63,987 bases of DNA, taken from Ruditapes philippinarum. Lineage: Eukaryota. Positions within the stretch are counted from its first letter, which is position 1. The number at the start of each line of letters is the position of its first letter. Both the position numbers and the translations under genes were made by a program. The DNA lies in assembly GCF_026571515.1 (NCBI RefSeq), contig NW_026859416.1, forward strand, positions 372,001-435,987. Reading direction: 5' to 3'. Shown in pieces: positions 61,540 to 63,987 of this stretch. The notes below the pieces were generated by a model. That model saw only the letters and a program-made list of their open reading frames with translations, was not told the DNA's origin and searched no databases.

Positions 61540-63987
61540 TTCTCGATTTGTCCCAAGTTATCAGCATCTGACATTAAAGGTATTTCTAATTTAGCCATGG
61601 AAATGCAAAAATGTGAAATCACGTTATCACAACTAGGTTTCTCTTGTGAAATAGATAACTCTCAAAATTTGAGACGTATAGTGAAGCGGTTACCAATGCA
61701 TTTGAGAGTGAAATGGATTGAGATCGCACACGTGATTAATGAGTCTGGTAGAGAACCAAAGTTTTCCGATTTAGCGAGATTTGTAGATGAAAAGTCGCGA
61801 GTTGCTAATTCCATGTACGGTATAGACATTGTCAAGGAGAACAGAACATTAAAAGTGGAACACAAGACGATTTCCGGTCGATTTTATGCTGAAAAACCAT
61901 CAAAAGATATAACAACACTGACTACTCAGAGTAATACGGAAATGAAGAAGTACGAGCGAAAATATAGATGTTGCCATGGTAACTGTACAGACTTATGTTC
62001 ATGTGTGAAATTTAAGTCTATGAATTTAAACGAACGGAACGACGTAGTTTAAAAGAACAAACTGTGCTTTAATTGTTTGAAAGGAAATCATTCCTTTAAT
62101 AACAGTGGAAAACCAAAGTTATGTACCGTGCCGGATTGTAGAATTAAACACAATATTCTACTACATAGTTGGACTGGACAACGTAACGAGGCCTCAGTCA
62201 CACAATCCTCGGTGAATTGCGCAGCTGTTAAGAGTTCATTTGTGAAGAACTGTTTGGGTGTTGTGCCTGTGATTGTAATATGCGAAAACGGGATTCAGTG
62301 TTAGGAGTACTTTGGAATGTAAATGAAGATAAAATTTGTTTTAAAGTAAAATTGGAAAAGAAGCCTTTCACGAGACGTGGAATTCTTTCCGTCGTAAGTT
62401 CTATATACGACCCACTTGGACTTGTGTCACCTGTTACACTCCAGGCCAAGGGTATAGTACAAAGTTTGTGCAGATTGAAGATTGGCTGGGACAACCAGAT
62501 ACCACACAACATCAGTAATTAATGGCAATAATGGTTATCTACCTTATCTAGCTTAGAGAAAGCTATCTGTGAATCGCTGGTTCAGACCACAGGGATTTGG
62601 GACCGTCAGAAATACTTCAGTTACATATATTCAGTGATGGCTCGGAACGAGGCTATGGTGCATGCGCTTACTTGCGCTTTGTTGACGTACATGACAACGT
62701 ACATTTTCCCCAGTGATAGGAAAATCTCATCTAGCACCAATAAAGCAGATGTCTATTCCACGACTGGAGTTATCTGGCGCTGTAGTAGGTGTAGATTATT
62801 TGCAATGTTATCTGAAGAATTAGATATGAATTTTGACCAAGTTACCTTTTGGACAGGACTCCATGATTGTTCTTGGATATATAAATAATGTGTCCAAGCG
62901 GTTTCAAGACGTTTGTTGGGAATAGGCTCAGCATAATCATGAAACAACTTCCCCAGACCAGTGGCGCCATGTGCACACAAGTTCAAATCCCGCAGGACAT
63001 AGCTTCCAGAGGAATAAGTGCATACGATACTGAAAAACTTCATTTATGGTTAAAATGGACCATATTTCTTCAGCAAGACTCTGCAAAAAATTGACAAAAA
63101 ATCCACTTCCGCCGGAAGTAGCAGAAAATGATAACGAGGTCAAGAAGAAGTCCTGATTAATAAAACTTCTGCAGCTGAATGTCTAGATAGCATTATAGAT
63201 CGCTATTGTAGCTGGACGAAACTTAGAAGAGCAGTCGCATGGTTGCTAAGATACAAGACTTTCTGCAGACAGCGATACCTAAAACACAAGTTGAAAATGG
63301 TAGATGGCAACTTAACATTAGAAGAAATCCAGACAGCAGAGCATAACATAATGTTGTATGTACAGAATACAGCATTTTCTAGTGAAATTAACAATTTACA
63401 AAATTCTTAGCCGGTCAAAAAGGACATCAGTATCGTTTCATTGAGTCCTGTGATATATGATGACCTCATTCGGGTACAGGGTCGACTTCAATCTCGCAAC
63501 CCGAGTAAATGTCCAGTGATACTACCAATAAAAATACCGTGACAAGATTGATAATACGACATATACATGAAAATAATGGCCATGCGGGAAACAGCATGTA
63601 CTAGCCGCATCCCGAGAAAAATTACTGCGATACTTCAGGGACCTAGTGCAGTGAAAAATATTGTAAATGATTGCATTATATGCACAAGACAACATACCCC
63701 ATTTAATGACTCAACAGATGGCCCTCTCCTACCCGAGCAGACGAACACCAGATGAACCTCTGTTCACGAATGTAGGTATTGATTACTTTGGACCACTTAT
63801 TGTAAAAGCAGAGCGTACACATGTAAAGAGATTACGGTTGTCTTTTCACGTGTCTTGCAACTAGAGCAGTACATCTTGAAGTTACACACACTTTGACAAC
63901 TGACTCCTTCATCGCAGCATTTCAGCGTTTTACGGCTAGAAGAGGATATCCGAAAGAAGGTGTAATGGAACAAATCTTGTGAGCGGT
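61540..63987 (+). mobile_element. Decayed BEL/Pao LTR retrotransposon, internal region, runs off the window
   Basis: gag with LCFNCLKGNH...C.VPDCRIKHNILLH; VLGVLWN...FTRRGILSVVSSIYDPLGLVSP; integrase PLFTNVGIDYFGPL and RAVHLE. Many frameshifts; protease and most of RT are missing at ~62290. Confidence 0.9.

Overview
AT-rich eukaryotic genomic DNA. The repeat types (pearl/HINE-like elements, ~170-bp satellite-like units, CORE-type SINEs) and gene content suggest a bivalve mollusc; this is inference. There are two divergently transcribed, intron-rich, immune-type genes. (1) On the minus strand (40952->1931) is a type-I membrane receptor: signal peptide, 7 SRCR domains interleaved with about 8 CCP/sushi modules, a TM helix and a Tyr-motif tail ending in NPDY. 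It shows several splice-site or frameshift lesions. (2) On the plus strand (46466->beyond 54756) is a secreted mosaic protein: Ly6/uPAR, ShKT, 3x TSP1, 2x EGF and a fibrinogen domain; its last exon(s) were not found in the window. One intron of gene 1 holds a full-length but decayed Ty3/Gypsy LTR retrotransposon (5618-21595) with PBS-Lys, PPT and a 4-bp TSD. Nested inside it are a piggyBac-type MITE, an internally deleted Penelope-like element with an intact minimal hammerhead ribozyme, and a CATAGG-ended DNA-transposon-like insert that itself holds a LINE tail. The window ends in a decayed BEL/Pao retrotransposon. Introns also carry many MITEs, foldback structures and SINE fragments. All calls were made by eye with no database searches; exon boundaries are predicted from GT/AG and reading-frame logic.
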